DNA of 64,000 nucleotides. It comes from Octopus sinensis. Lineage: Eukaryota. The stretch is from contig NC_043019.1 in NCBI RefSeq assembly GCF_006345805.1, forward strand, positions 23,745,360 to 23,809,359, read 5' to 3'. The notes beneath the pieces were generated by a model. That model worked only from the letters and a program-made list of their open reading frames with translations. It did not search any database and was not told where the DNA came from. The translations under genes and the position numbers were made by a program. Each line of letters starts with the position of its first letter. The stretch's first letter is position 1. Of this stretch, positions 26,961 to 41,030 are shown piece after piece.

Positions 26961-27557
26961 GGTTTATTTGGTGCATGTACAGTAGATTTGAACTGTAATC
27001 TCAGGAAAACATTGCAGAATTAAATGATTGCGATAAGAAACTCATCTCGAAGTATTTAACTCTACTGGCGAAACAACTTTTAGATACTCATTAACTGGAC
27101 TTGGATTTCGTTTTTTTTTTTTGTGTCTTACTTTTTTCCCGAAATAGCTTATTGACGTGTTATTGGGCCTCTTAACCACTAATCTTCTATTTCATTTCGT
27201 TTCATTATTTTCCTTGGAAATGTCCATGGATTATTAACTTTCTCCATCGTACAGTTGGCAAATTCTCAGATTAATCACTGTCTTCTGATCGATATATCAA
27301 CCTTCATGCTAATCCTCACCGTCATATACTTGTATATATATGTATGTATATATGCAAATATATGTAATAATATGTGTGTGTGTGTGTGTGTGTTGTCTGT
27401 GTATTTGTATATGTATGTATATATATATAGCTGTATATATGTATATATTATGTGTATATATATATATATATATGTAATATATATATATATATATATATAT
27501 ATAGTGTGTGTGTTGTGTGTGTGTGGTGTGGTGTGTGTTGTGTGGTGTGTATATAAC

Positions 27558-27740
27558 AATTGCAGCGGGAAAGGTGTTTATAAGCCATTCAAGAAACACA
27601 CAAAAACCGTTAGATACTTCACTTCAAAATTTAAATTAATTTGCCAAAATATTTTCGTCGCTTTAAGACCGCGACCTGTTTACTGACAACATTTAAATGT
27701 TGAAGTGAATGGCTTATAAACCACCTTTCACGCTGCAATT
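27558..27740. repeat. Inverted repeat (about 50-bp arms, 30-bp insert in the left arm)
   Basis: AATTGCAGCGGGAAAGGTGTTTATAAGCCATTC..ACTTCAAAATTTAAAT pairs with ATTTAAATGTTGAAGTGAATGGCTTATAAACCACCTTTCACGCTGCAATT. Confidence 0.85.
27641..27689 (-). ncRNA. Variant minimal type-I hammerhead-like fold
   Basis: Minus strand: UUGUCA-GUAAACAG-GUCGC-GGUCUUAAA-GCGAC-GAAA-AUAUU-U-UGGCAA. Stem I is 6 bp, stem II is 5 bp, GAAA is present and stem III is palindromic (AAUAUU). The core differs from CUGANGA. Confidence 0.3.
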
Positions 27741-27798
27741 ATTTTCATTCCAGCACACGATCTCAGATCAGGTCACTTGCTATGCAAGTACATCACTG

Positions 27799-27844
<46 letters not shown>

Positions 27845-27900
27845 GTTTATATATTTATTGTGCAAGACCATTTATGTGAAACTGTGTGTTGAAACAGATA

Positions 27901-28098
27901 TTGTTATACTTCAGAATGGTCATTTTGCCAGTTTAGCCAATAAAAAAGAACGCTGATGGTAAATATTAAAAACAAAATACACAAAGTGCTAAGCGAGCAA
28001 GAAAAACGTAAACGTATATTTTTAAGAGAAATTAAAAACAATAGTGCGTGTGTTTTTATTGGCTAAACTGGCAAAATGACCATTCCGAAATACAACAA
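27901..28098. repeat. Inverted repeat, 53-bp arms, 92-bp spacer
   Basis: 27901-27953 pairs with the reverse complement of 28046-28098 (core GAATGGTCATTTTGCCAGTTTAGCCAATAAAAA). Confidence 0.85.
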
Positions 28099-28264
28099 TA
28101 TATATATATATAAACATAGACATATACATGTATATATATGTATATATACATATATATATAAATGTATATATATAATGTATATATATTAAATGTGTATATA
28201 CATACACACATAATATATATATAATATATATAAATGTATATTACATACATCATACATATATATA

Positions 28265-28304
<40 letters not shown>

Positions 28305-28409
28305 TGTACATGTTGTGTATATATATCCATATATATATGTATATTTTACACCACACATTATATATATATATACATATATATGTGTGTATATTACTTATAA
28401 ATGTATATG

Positions 28410-28474
<65 letters not shown>

Positions 28475-28491
28475 ATGTATATATACACATG

Positions 28492-28524
<33 letters not shown>

Positions 28525-28786
28525 GCATACATACATACATATATATATATACCTATAGATATACATACATACATATATATATATAGTGTATATATATATA
28601 TATATATGTTATATATTATATTATATGGTATACATACATATATATATATATGTATACATACATATAACATATACATGTATATATATTATATATATACGCA
28701 TATCTATATATGTATATATATATATAATATATATATAGATATATAGATTATACCTATATATATATATATATACATACACTATATAT
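28099..28786. repeat. (TA)n-rich array
   Basis: Seen directly. Confidence 0.95.
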
Positions 28787-29022
28787 TAAATGGAGTTGCA
28801 TGAAACGATCGTACTGCATTACCTCTTGATATCCTTGTTGCTTATTTTGATACATGTATATGAATGAGTGAACACACGTATGTTATGTGTAGTCACATAA
28901 GAGCGTACACACGTAGAAATCTTGAAAGAGAGAAAGATAAACTGAAACAATGGTTTGGTGGTGAGGAAATGTCAATGTATGTTTGCAACAGACCGAATAA
29001 TACAATAACTAGAAGTTCTGAG

Positions 29023-29104
<82 letters not shown>

Positions 29105-30232
29105 GTTTCGTAAAGTGCGTTTATAAATAAAACTCACATACACACTGTAAAATACGTGCGCGCGTGTGTATGTGAGCGCATGCATGTGTGTGAGTGTGGT
29201 GCAAAAGAAGAAAGAGGTAAATGAACGTTGATGGAGAGACGCAGAGATATAAATTGACGTGTAGAAAGAAGGAAGGGAGGAGAGGGAGTTAAGAGAGAGA
29301 AAGAGAGAGGTGGAGATGAGAAAGCAGGAGGTAGGAAGAAGAGGAGGGGAAGTGATAAATCAGTAGTAAAGAGTGTTCGTGATAGAGATTGTCATAATTA
29401 GAGATAAAGGTCGCCATTAAAGAATAGTAAATCGAATGGAGAGAGAAAGAGAAAATAGAAACGAAACGACTAAAAAAACATTTGTATAAAACTGAACACC
29501 GTCAAGTACAGGAGTTTACTACTACTACTACTACTACAGCTGCTGCTGTTGTTGTTGCTGCTGCTGCTACCACCACCACTACTACTATTACTCATGTCTC
29601 CTCTTCTGCAAACCTCCAACTAAAAAAAGCCGTAAGGCCAACCTTTGAACATTTCGATAGCCAAGCAAACTGTCATCTCGTGTGCTATGGAGATATGCGA
29701 ATGTACGAAACCATGTTTTTACTGGACTTCGACAGCAGGTTATGTACAGACTTCTTGATGTGAGTTTTATTACGTATGCATATATATATATATATATATA
29801 TGATGTTACATCTATTTGTATGTGAGTGTGTGTGTGTGTGTGTGAGTGTACGTTTGTGCTCCTGCGTGTAATAAACGTTTACACATGTTTATGCATGTAT
29901 AAAAATATCTCAGACAATTCCAGTTTACAAGCGTGCACACATACACACGCATACACACACGCACACACACACACACACATACACACACACATGCACACAA
30001 ACACATGCACACACACACACGCAGACACACACACGCACACACACACACGCACACACGCACGCACACACACACTGTACTTTGTTTATATATCCTATAGAGA
30101 TATCCTCAATGAACTTGTAAACAGATTTGCATGCGTGTGTCTGTGGGCATGTAGACATACGAACACATGCTCATGCGTTGCCCCCCCCCCCCGAAACATA
30201 TATAGTCCATATATGTATTCCGACAATTATAT

Positions 30233-30466
30233 AGGCGTGGCTGTGTGGTTAAGAATTTTGCTTTGCAACCACGTGGTTTTGGGTTCAGTTCCACAGTGAG
30301 ATATCTTCTATGTCTTGTATATGTGTTCATCTTTGCCTTTGACAGCATTTATAGTCTACGTCTCATAACCTAGCGGTGCGACAGAGGGTAAAGGGATTGA
30401 CATAATTTGCTAAGCTTTTGAATATGGTGCTCCAGCATAGCCGCGTTTGATACGACCTAACTAAAA
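30233..30466 (+). mobile_element. Decayed family-B SINE
   Basis: GGCGTGGCTGTGTGGTTAAG head and a GGTGCTCCAGCATAGCCGC tail remnant. Confidence 0.6.
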
Positions 30467-30623
30467 GAACAGAGCTTATTTTATGAAATTACAGTTACAA
30501 GAACTGAAAAAGATGTGAAACATTCCAATGGTTTAATATGCAATGTACACACGGGCACGCGGACAAACATTTGCATGTGTACATATATGCATACATACAT
30601 ACATACTACATACATGTGTGTGT

Positions 30624-30655
<32 letters not shown>

Positions 30656-31250
30656 ACAAATATTCAAATGTAGTCTTTCAAAAACGAAACCATCTATATA
30701 TGTACATGCATCTATAGATTCATACAAACATCTACATATGATCCATCCAGCCATCCATCCATCGTAGACATGCATGCATGTAAGAACAATTGTCACGAGA
30801 GAAATGCTTGAAATGTGTAGACGAGGCATGTCTGCTTCTTACAGGTACAAGTGTTGTTAGAGAAAAGAAATGAGACACTGTTGTAAACTCATGATGAAGG
30901 GAGGGAGTTGCCTCAATCCTAAAGCAGACCTCTTTGAATCAATTATTTGTTTCTAAAACTTATTGCTCAATGGTGCAATAGGTCTTAGAATGGCAAGATG
31001 CCAAATCTGCTGTCCCATCTCCCAAATCGCTCCAAACCAGTCCCGAGAAATATTTAAGATTGATGTATAGGTATTCATATCATTTCCTGGAGGACATCTG
31101 CTATGTATCAACTGACACATGCTAACCTTCTAACGATCACTATCTACTGTCATTTTGTTACGAATCTTTTGAAATACAAGTCAAACACTAAAAAGAGGTT
31201 GTCTTTACAATAAACTAATACACACACACGCACACACACACACACACACA

Positions 31251-31299
<49 letters not shown>

Positions 31300-32072
31300 T
31301 CTCAAAGGATTTAAGCCAGATCGAAAATGTTCATTTTTGTGTGATGACAGATAGAAGTGTGGAAAAGATAGTAGATTATCTGTGGATATATCTGGGTTCA
31401 AATCCATTACTGATAGTTGGTTCTTTACTCTATGTTGTTTCAGTTAACCAAATTATCGTAAACAAAGTATTACACTGTCTGGGAATGTTATATGGATAGA
31501 CCAACTCTTTATCCAGAAGAAGAGGATTATCTCTTATCTACGTTACACCAATAAACTGAAGCTAAACACCAGATAATAAAAGCTTCTCACTTGTCTACTT
31601 ATAAAAGTATATAAATGAAGGCTGGTCTTTAAATGCCACCTCCCTGCAAAGGTTATAGATTTAGCTAAAAAGTAATCAGCTAACCAATAGTTGTCATGTC
31701 TTAATATCGGTACTCTAATACACACGTTTTTATTCTAGCCAAAAGCATCATTGCAAAATTTAAAGGGTTCACCATTAAATTGGAGAAAAGATTTTGCATT
31801 CGTCAACTACCAGGGAATCAAAGATTGGCTTCATGAACTAATAAATGAAATTTGACACGATAATGCTAACCAATTGATTGATTCAGCGACAGCATCCAGC
31901 TGTTAGTTTGACATTTCCCACTTTAGATATGACCGATTCGAAATCAGAATTCCATCAGTTTTACGTATATCTTTATTAATTCAACTTCACTTCACATGTA
32001 GTTTTTTTTTCTTAAATCAAACCGGTTGTGAATATAAGGAGAGAGAGAAAAGGAACATTAATTGAAAGAGAG

Positions 32073-32106
<34 letters not shown>

Positions 32107-34174
32107 AGGGGGGAAGAGAGAGTGCGTGTATGTATTTGTGTCTGTGTGTGTGTGTCTATGTGGTATGTTCAGAAGTCGGGACAATTAGCAGCGTTCAGAT
32201 GTCGGGGGTAATTAGCAGCAACCTACGTGCAGGAGTGTATTAGCATTATCTCACGCAATAATAATATTACTTGGCCTCCACTTCTGATGCTGATTTGTAC
32301 ATAAACCATTTACTATCAATTGCAATGTTTAATTTATCATATATGAACTGTGAAAGTAATCGCCTTATTATGTTTATCTATGTACTAGACAATGCGCTGG
32401 GGCTTTTCTATTTATGTATATAATCTATTATTTCTTGAAACCGATCACCACAATTGGCAACCTATACATTTTGCTTACACTCTTGAAATAATTTTGAGCT
32501 GTGCTTTATTAGGACGAATCCTCTTGAACTATACTTCTAAAGCTGGTCGTTCTCTGACTTAAATCATTTTTACAAGCTGTTACTTTCTTCTTTTTGAAAC
32601 CTGGCTCTGAAGTACATCAATTCCCATGTGAGGTTCCTTACCTTTTTAAAACATATCTTATTATTATTATTGTTATTTCTTTTTTTACATCTCTGGCTTT
32701 CTGCGTCTTGCTTTTGTTTTCAGCTAAGTTGTGAGTGTATTTATGTTTTCTGTTGAATGTATGCTTAGTGCAGCTGTTCCTTCTAATATGTTTTTCTTAA
32801 CGACTTTGCCTTTTCATGAAGTAATAAATTATCTTGTTTTTCTTCAAGAAGTAGTTGCATAGAACAACATTCGATGCTTTGTCGGCCATCTCCAGTTGAG
32901 TAAAATCCCGTTTCTATTTTTTGTTTACCCTGGGTAAATGTGGTGGCTATCACTTTTCGGGTAGTGCACTATGTATTTTGTGAAATTTTTTTCTTGTTTG
33001 GGTATCTATTTTGTGAATTACATCCAGCCTCCATTTATAACTTCGAAACATTATGCTGTTATGAAAAACAGAGCGAGTTTTGGTAGCTAACACCTTATGT
33101 TTGGCATTTAGATAAGTTTCTGTGATCACAGGATGAGAGTTCTTGGCAGCACTAGTTTATGACCGCATATCGATCGTTCACACTTAAACCTGTTTTACTT
33201 TCGTCATTTATTTTCAAGACACGACTTTCGCTTCTTTCTCTTCCAATTTTTTTACACAGATATTTATATTCCAAAACATTCCATCGTCAATTAAGCTGGT
33301 AACAAAGTTGCAGTTTCCAGTTGGAATCGTTTCCTTTAAATACCACCTTTGCCTCCGGGGACAGGCATGAATTTTTCACCGTCCTTTATCTCTTTCGTAC
33401 GAAATTTGTACAAAATTTGTTATTGTACGAAATTTGTTATTATTTTTGAGGATTGAATGAAAACTACACAATTTTTTAAAAATTATCATTGTGACTACAA
33501 ATGATGCACACGACACAGGACCCGGATACTCCAGTTGTTCAATTCTGACTCCTATCAGTAATTTGTTTCTGTATCCCACTTAGATTAATATAAATAATTA
33601 CTAATGTTTATATTATTTTAATTTATGTGAACTTATTTCACTGTATCAACTGGGTTTCTATTGAAGGAAATGATTTTTATCTGTATGCTTCTTTATTAAA
33701 AAAAAGGACAAATATAAAAAAACAACAACAAAAAAACCCCAACCTGCAGCACTTCTTGACTTCCACTGAAATTCATATGACAGTGACAAATGTCATAACT
33801 TCTCATTTCCTGCTTTTCTTTAAATTTAAATCCTCACAGTTGTACAAACAGTCACATCACTGCAATAAGTTATTCACCCGTTATTCCTTTTGTATGTGAA
33901 AGAGGAATATCTTATTTTGCTAACCACTGCAGCTTTTAGGATTCGTTCTTATTGTTTATCATTAAAAAAATGATGATGCAATATGTCAATGGAATTTGGT
34001 TAACATTTTGTATAGAAATATAAGTTCATGGATGGTGTTTGGATTCTGATAAACCAGCTTGTAGTCACCCGACTGAGTTTGATTGCTACTTCGCGTTTGC
34101 CAAAGTTGTCTGAGAACCATCAAAGAAAACACTCAGAAAGTCACATCCAGAATTATTCATAGTTTAGAAAGAGT

Positions 34175-34559
34175 GGCGCAGGAGTGGCTGTGTGGTAAGT
34201 AGCTTGCTTACCAACCACATGGTTCCGGGTTCAGTCCTACTGCGTGGAATCTTGGGCAAGTGTCTTCTACTATAGCCTCGGGCCGACCAAAGCCTTGTGA
34301 GTGGATTTGGTAGACGGAAGCTCAAAGAAGCCCGTCGTATATATGTATATATATATGTGTGTGTGTGTATGTTTGTCCCCCTAGCATTGCTTGACAACCG
34401 ATGCTGGTGTGTTTACGTCCCCGTCACTTAACGGTTCGGCAAAGAGACCGATAGAATAAGTACTGGGCTTACAAAGAATAAGTCCCGAGGTAGATTTACT
34501 CGACTAAAGGCGGTGCTCCAGCATGGCCGCAGTCAAATGACTGAAACAAGTAAAAGAGT

Positions 34560-34565
<6 letters not shown>
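34175..34565 (+). mobile_element. Family-B SINE, full length
   Basis: Complete head, body and tail, followed by (AG)n. Confidence 0.93.
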
Positions 34566-34596
<31 letters not shown>

Positions 34597-36117
34597 ACCT
34601 GTAAACAGCCCTTCTCTTTTACGAATTTCAACTGCTTCTTTTTTCTTTTTAGGGTTGGGGACATTTAATGGTTGATAATAATAATAATAATATAATAATA
34701 AAACAATACATCACGTGGAGCCCTACCGATAATAAATCGATGATGACTAAATTACAGTCAGATGGATATTCGCTTCCAAAAAGTTATTCTGTATTTGGTA
34801 AGTTAAAACTGGAGGAAATATACTTTAAAGTATTCAATCGAATCATAAAACTTTCAATGAAATCTAAAATTGGATAAACAAAACTTTGCACCGAAAACTA
34901 TTTTAAACCGGTAAGAATTGCGATTCGCCATGAATATATGTCATTTAAAGTCATCATAAAGAAAATAGCTGTATTAAATCAATAATTCTTACAATGAACT
35001 AAGCTATCCTGTTCATGTTGGAGGATTAAGAAACAAAACGATGTGGTTCGAGTGACACTGAGGAACTGTGTTATATGTCGCGTAAAGAAGAAGGGTGAAA
35101 GCCCTTCTCTAATGATTATGAAGATAAATGTGACTGGACGTCGCATAAATAAACATATATGGCCTATTTATATTGAAATATGTTCCTCTCTGATTTCGCT
35201 TGAATATCTAATAAATTATGGAATTGTGGCTATTTTGAATGTTAGTATATTAATTAAGTGTTGTGGATTTGTATAATCGCTGAAATATTGGACAAAATAC
35301 TTTGAGGCATTTAGTTACGGGGCATCACACTTTAAATTAAAATCTCTTCGCGGGTAACTTGCCTTTCATCTTTCCATATTCTATAGAAACAAAAACGGAA
35401 TTTAATTTGGGAATACATTTTCCTCCAATTTCCATATATTGGAAAGGCAAGAGCTGTTTTGCCTTCCATCTTTTAATATCTCTGTGTTTCATTCAACTGG
35501 AATTACAATTATTAGAATTATTTTTTTTACAAAAGGTTCAATTTTCTTTTAGACTCTTTCCATTCCTACTTGTGTATCTTTTTCTCTTTTGGCATGAGAA
35601 GCTCAAGGGAGAACGATTCCAAAACTCAGTCAGATACAAAAAGGTGATTATCAGTCAAGAAAAGATCAATTTAATCGACTCGAAACTCGTGGCCTTGTGT
35701 TAATGCTGGAAATCAATACCTATCGGATATTACGATTTTGATCGATGTTTTAATTATCCGGAAAGGTTTGCGAATTGCCTAACTGGACTGGAAAAAGTCA
35801 ACTGAAAATTTCCTGTTTGTCTTTCAGAATATCTGATGTAGAAACCTTATTTAAACAATGTTATGACTTGATGAACTTTTGACTTTTGAATAATGGAAGG
35901 GCAAGGAAGATAATAAATGGAAATTACAAAGTGTGGAGGTTATTGTTGTTGTTGTTGTTGGGCGTTTTCAGTCACGTGCAGACACCTAAAACCTATGAAT
36001 ACAAGTGATCCCTTTTAAAAGAAAACTGTTTGCTGTTCATTGCAAATTGATTGCTACATTCGACAACAAGCTCTGTCTGCCTCCTGCCTGCCTATCTCTC
36101 TCTTTCTCTTTCACTGA

Positions 36118-36162
<45 letters not shown>

Positions 36163-36705
36163 TCCTTCACCCCGTGCGTGTGTATTTTCTTCAAGTAGCG
36201 TTTTGTTTATGATCGCAGGTCATAGAGATACAAATATCGACCAATTGCTTTCCTTTTTCACTTTCTGGACACATTCTTAACTGGTTTCACTAAATGATGA
36301 ACAGTTTGTTGTTTTTGGATAAGTCAACTTTGTTCACAGTGTTAAAGCCATGCCCATCATACTCTGCTCTCCAGGACTACATTATCAAATGTAATCCTGC
36401 TTTTATCCGTTAAGAGTGCAAGGCGTTGTTTGAGGAGTTGTTATTTCTAGCAGGTCGAATGAACACGAAGAGGCGGCTTACTCGGTTGGCTTGCAGCGTG
36501 GGAAAATGCAGTAGTAGTAGTAGTAGCAGTAGCAGCAGCAGCAGCAGCAGCAAATATGTTTGTAATTGTGTAAGCATGTGTGTGTGTGTGTGTGCGCGTG
36601 TGTGTGTGTGTGCGTGTGTGTGTTGGCATGTGCATATGTATATGAATGTATATACATATGTATGTTCGCACATACTTTATATATGTATATATGTGTGCAT
36701 GTATG

Positions 36706-36750
<45 letters not shown>

Positions 36751-37513
36751 GTAGTGGAGTCAGTGTTCCTCAACCTTTAACTACAGAAACCTCTACAAGT
36801 CAATAACGTTTGTATATGTTTCCACTCTCTGCTCATCCATCCACCAACCACACTCACATTCGCTTCCACTCATCAAAGGTTAAGATTTTGACCTCACTCA
36901 ACTGCAAACCCCTCATCTACCCCAACTCTCTCTCTCTCTCTCTCTAGCTTTTAATGTTTGGGTATGTGGGTGTGTGCCTATGTTAGTATGTGCTGGGTGT
37001 AAGACGTAGTGTGTGTGTCTCTATGTAAACATATACGTGTGTGTATGTGTGTGTGTGTGTGTGTGTGCATGTGTGTGTGAAAGTAAACCAGTAGCAAGCA
37101 GGTTACTTCCGGTTGTCCTCATAGTTGAGGGTATCGATTGTAGTAGTTCGTGCTATTATTAACACCCAGCACCTTCTATTATATATATATATAGATGGGC
37201 CTTATTGTTGTTTATATTGCTTTTGTGATACTGTTTCTGATGGAAGCACCATGGTGATGGTGGTGGTGGTGATAGTTGTGGTGTTGTTTAACCCCAGGTT
37301 AGCTCTGATGAAGGAAGGTCGTTGATGAAAATATGAATATACATACCAGCTGTCACCGTTCTGTTTTCTTTGTCTTTTTTTCCCGGGTACAGTGCACATA
37401 GGATCACAAAGTCCTATGCATCATGTCGTCACTGTGGACAGGGGTAGATACAATATGTCGTATGATAATACTTATCAGCTCATTCAGGAGATGTAATTCG
37501 CGTATGCATGCAT

Positions 37514-37596
<83 letters not shown>

Positions 37597-37671
37597 CCTT
37601 CAAAGATGTCTAACATAAACACTATAACCTCGTCACTGTTGGTGACTGGGGCTTGAATTCACCAAAGGAAA

Positions 37672-37701
37672 TATATATTATATATATATATAATATATAT
37701 A

Positions 37702-37737
<36 letters not shown>

Positions 37738-38110
37738 TGTAGGTGTATGTATGTATATATATATATGTATGTATGTATATATATATATGTATGTATGTAT
37801 ATATATATATGTATGTATGTATATATATATATGTATGTATATGTATATATATATATGTATGTATATGTAATATATATATGTATGTATATGTATATATATA
37901 TATGTATTATGTATGTTGTATATATTATATGTATGTATATGTATATATATATGTATGTATATATAATAATATATATGTATGTATATATATATATATGTTG
38001 TATGTATATATATATATATATATTGTATGTATATATATATATATATATTTATGTATATATATGTATGTATATATATATATATATGTGTGTGTGTGTATAT
38101 GTATGTATGC
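37672..38110. repeat. (TA)/(TATG) array
   Basis: Seen directly. Confidence 0.95.
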
Positions 38111-38116
38111 ATAATG

Positions 38117-38485
38117 CTTGTTTCAGTCATCAGACTGCGGCCATGCTGTGGGCACCACCTTGAAGAATTTTTAGTTGAATGAATCGACCCCAGTACTTAT
38201 GTTTTGATAAGCCTGGTACTTATTCGATCGGTCTCTTTTACCGAACCGCTAAGTTACGGGCACATAAACACACCAGCACCACTTGTCAAGCGTGGTGACA
38301 CACCCACATGCATACACACATATACGACAAGCTTCTTTCAGTTTCCGTCTACCAAATCCACTCAAAAGGCTTTGGTCAGCCTGAGGCTATAGTAGAAGAC
38401 ACACGCCCAAGGTGCCGCGCAGTGGGACTGAACACGTGATGTATTGTTAGAAAGCGAGCTTCTTACCACACAGCCTCGTCTGTGC
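38117..38485 (-). mobile_element. Family-B SINE
   Basis: Reverse complement of the family consensus. Its tail abuts the 37672-38110 TA/TATG array. Confidence 0.88.
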
Positions 38486-39049
38486 TTATGTAACACTAGT
38501 TACGGCTACCTCCTTCCTCTAGAAGAAAGACAACTGAGTACATCTGTTAGCCATATATTTTTACTGAGTGATTTGAAGGTAGAATTCTCCTCAGCTGGTG
38601 ATATAGAATCGAATTAAAATCAGAGTGAATGAGGTCTCTGAGGTGCTTTCGAAGGTTTAGGCTATTTCCCTTCAAGTATCCTCCACACCCTAGAAATATT
38701 TAATTATGTAAGAATTATTAGTGATTATTTGATTACTTTAACAATTAAGATATGTAATTACTTTAATTGTCTAGTAAGGTTTATTTCGATTGTCGTTTAT
38801 TGTCATTCTATTGTTGTTTCGGGGGTTGAAACGAACTTCGTGTGAGTGAGCGAATATATTCTCTGATCTTGTACTTTCGGGGTACAAGAAAGCAATCACT
38901 CACTATGTATACTTTAATAATCCAGAATTCTACTAGTCAGAAACAAACAGAACGCAGACGTAAAATATACATATAACTACTTTATTCTCTTTCTTGGTAA
39001 ACAATAACAATAAGTGTGTTATCTGATGTCCTTGATTCTGGGCGCGCAA

Positions 39050-39630
39050 GGCTGAAAGTTCATAGATTGTAATATTTACAATCTTCAGCCCAAAACAGAA
39101 AGGATTCAAGATGGCGTCGAACAATGGAGACGATGTTGGTCTGCAACAATTTTGGTTAAAAGTCTTCGGCCAAAGGACTGCTAGAATCTAATCCTGACGG
39201 AGAGAATATATGCGTGACCGCCGCCTTCAATCGCTGGGTCCCAAGTCATTGGCTGCTGCTGCTAGCGGTCAAACGTTCTACGACCCCCTTGCCTCGCTAA
39301 CTGCTACGTAGGCAATAGGGTCGTGCTACCGGTGGTTCGCGCATGCGCGAGAGGGGCCTTCCTTTCTGTGCCTTGGTAAAGGCACCAACACGCGCGAAAT
39401 ACAAATGGGCGGTGCGCGAGCGCGCGCCGTTGTCGGATCACTACAGGGTTGTTTCTTGATGTTTTCTGACAATTTAACACATTTTAATTGTTTTGGCGGT
39501 GGCGGTGGTGGTGGCTACGGGTTGTCTAGTCATTTTAGATCAAGTCCAGTAATTGATGCTTCTATCATCTTTCCTTGAAAACGTGGTAGACAAAACCGAC
39601 CTCTTCTAGATCTGAACCGTGACGTAAGAT
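39050..39630. promoter_or_regulatory. CpG-rich, promoter-like island
   Basis: Local CpG/GC spike in an AT-rich background. Motifs: NRF1-type palindrome TCGCGCATGCGCGA (39337-39350), GC box GGGCGG (39407-39412), YY1-like CAAGATGGCG (39107-39116), minus-strand CCAAT (about 39246-39255), and a donor-like GAC|GTAAGA at 39624. Confidence 0.55.
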
Positions 39631-40361
39631 AACGTTGTGAAATGTTACAAGGCATTCGTCCATCACTACGATTTTCCCACCATCCTTTCCCCGCAAACAC
39701 TAATTCTTGCAGTAACAGTGGCGGCGGAGGTGGCAACTTTCAACCTCACATTCGTACTTGCTGTTGTCAACGTAAAGTGATTAGCATAAATAAACAGCTT
39801 TCTAACGAAATCTTTTTTCTAAGCCCTTCACCATAGCCGAGTTTGGGGAGGGTGGAGTCGCGAATGGGATGAGTTTGAGCGTTTGTAAAGAGGAGATAAA
39901 AAAAAAAAGAGTAAGAAATGGTGATGATGTTAACACATCGCAGCATGGTTCCCTAACATTTGCCATCGTTGCACCAAAATTAGTCTATAAAAATATCCGT
40001 TTCCTTTTCGTATATGGTTCGTTGTTGTGTTAATAATATTGTAGTTGTTAATACTGAAGTTTATAACGGTGATGGTCAACGTGGTGGTGTCGGCGAAGCT
40101 GGTGTTACTGTTATAAGCCAACCTGATTTATTTAAGAAACCCTGATTTGTTTAATCGTTGTTAAGATACTTAATGTTCAGCGGTGCACAAATTTCTCACT
40201 CAACCTCTCAAACACGCTTTAATTCTCACTCTGTGTGTGAACTGGTTTGCGTTTGTGTGTGTGTGTGTGTGCGCGCACACAAACAACACGTATATGTAAA
40301 AGTATGTACGTGTGTGTGTGAGTATATATACACACAGACATGTAACTGTATATGTTTATAT

Positions 40362-40545
40362 ATGTAGACAGATTCATGTAACTATATATATATATAATGC
40401 ATATATATATATACATATATATATATACATATACATATATATAATGCATATATATATATAATGCATATATAATGCATATATATATGTATATATATATATA
40501 TATATATATAGTTTATATATCTGTATCTATATATATGCATATATT

Positions 40546-40583
<38 letters not shown>

Positions 40584-40731
40584 TATATATATATATATAT
40601 GTTTATATATATATATATATGTTTATATATATATAATATGTTTATATATATATATATATGTTTATATATATATATATGTTTATATATATATAATGTTTAT
40701 ATATATATATATGTTTATATATAATATATAT

Positions 40732-40772
<41 letters not shown>

Positions 40773-40997
40773 ATATATAATATATATATATATATATATG
40801 TTTATTATATATATATATTATATATATTATGTTTATATAATATATAATATATATTTTTTATATTAATATATATATATATATATATTCTATATGTTTATAT
40901 ATATATATATCTATATATATATAGTGTTTATATATCTATATCTATATATATATGTTTATATATCTATATTATACATATATTTATCTATACATTTTTG

Positions 40998-41030
<33 letters not shown>

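Noticed and set aside
35380-35620. Possible hAT transposase remnant on the minus strand
   Set aside because: Resemblance is limited to a short K..L...F.PKL-like pattern among many stops.
38121-38134. CTGATGA-CT-GAAAC on the minus strand
   Set aside because: There is no room for stem II; it is a mutated SINE tail.
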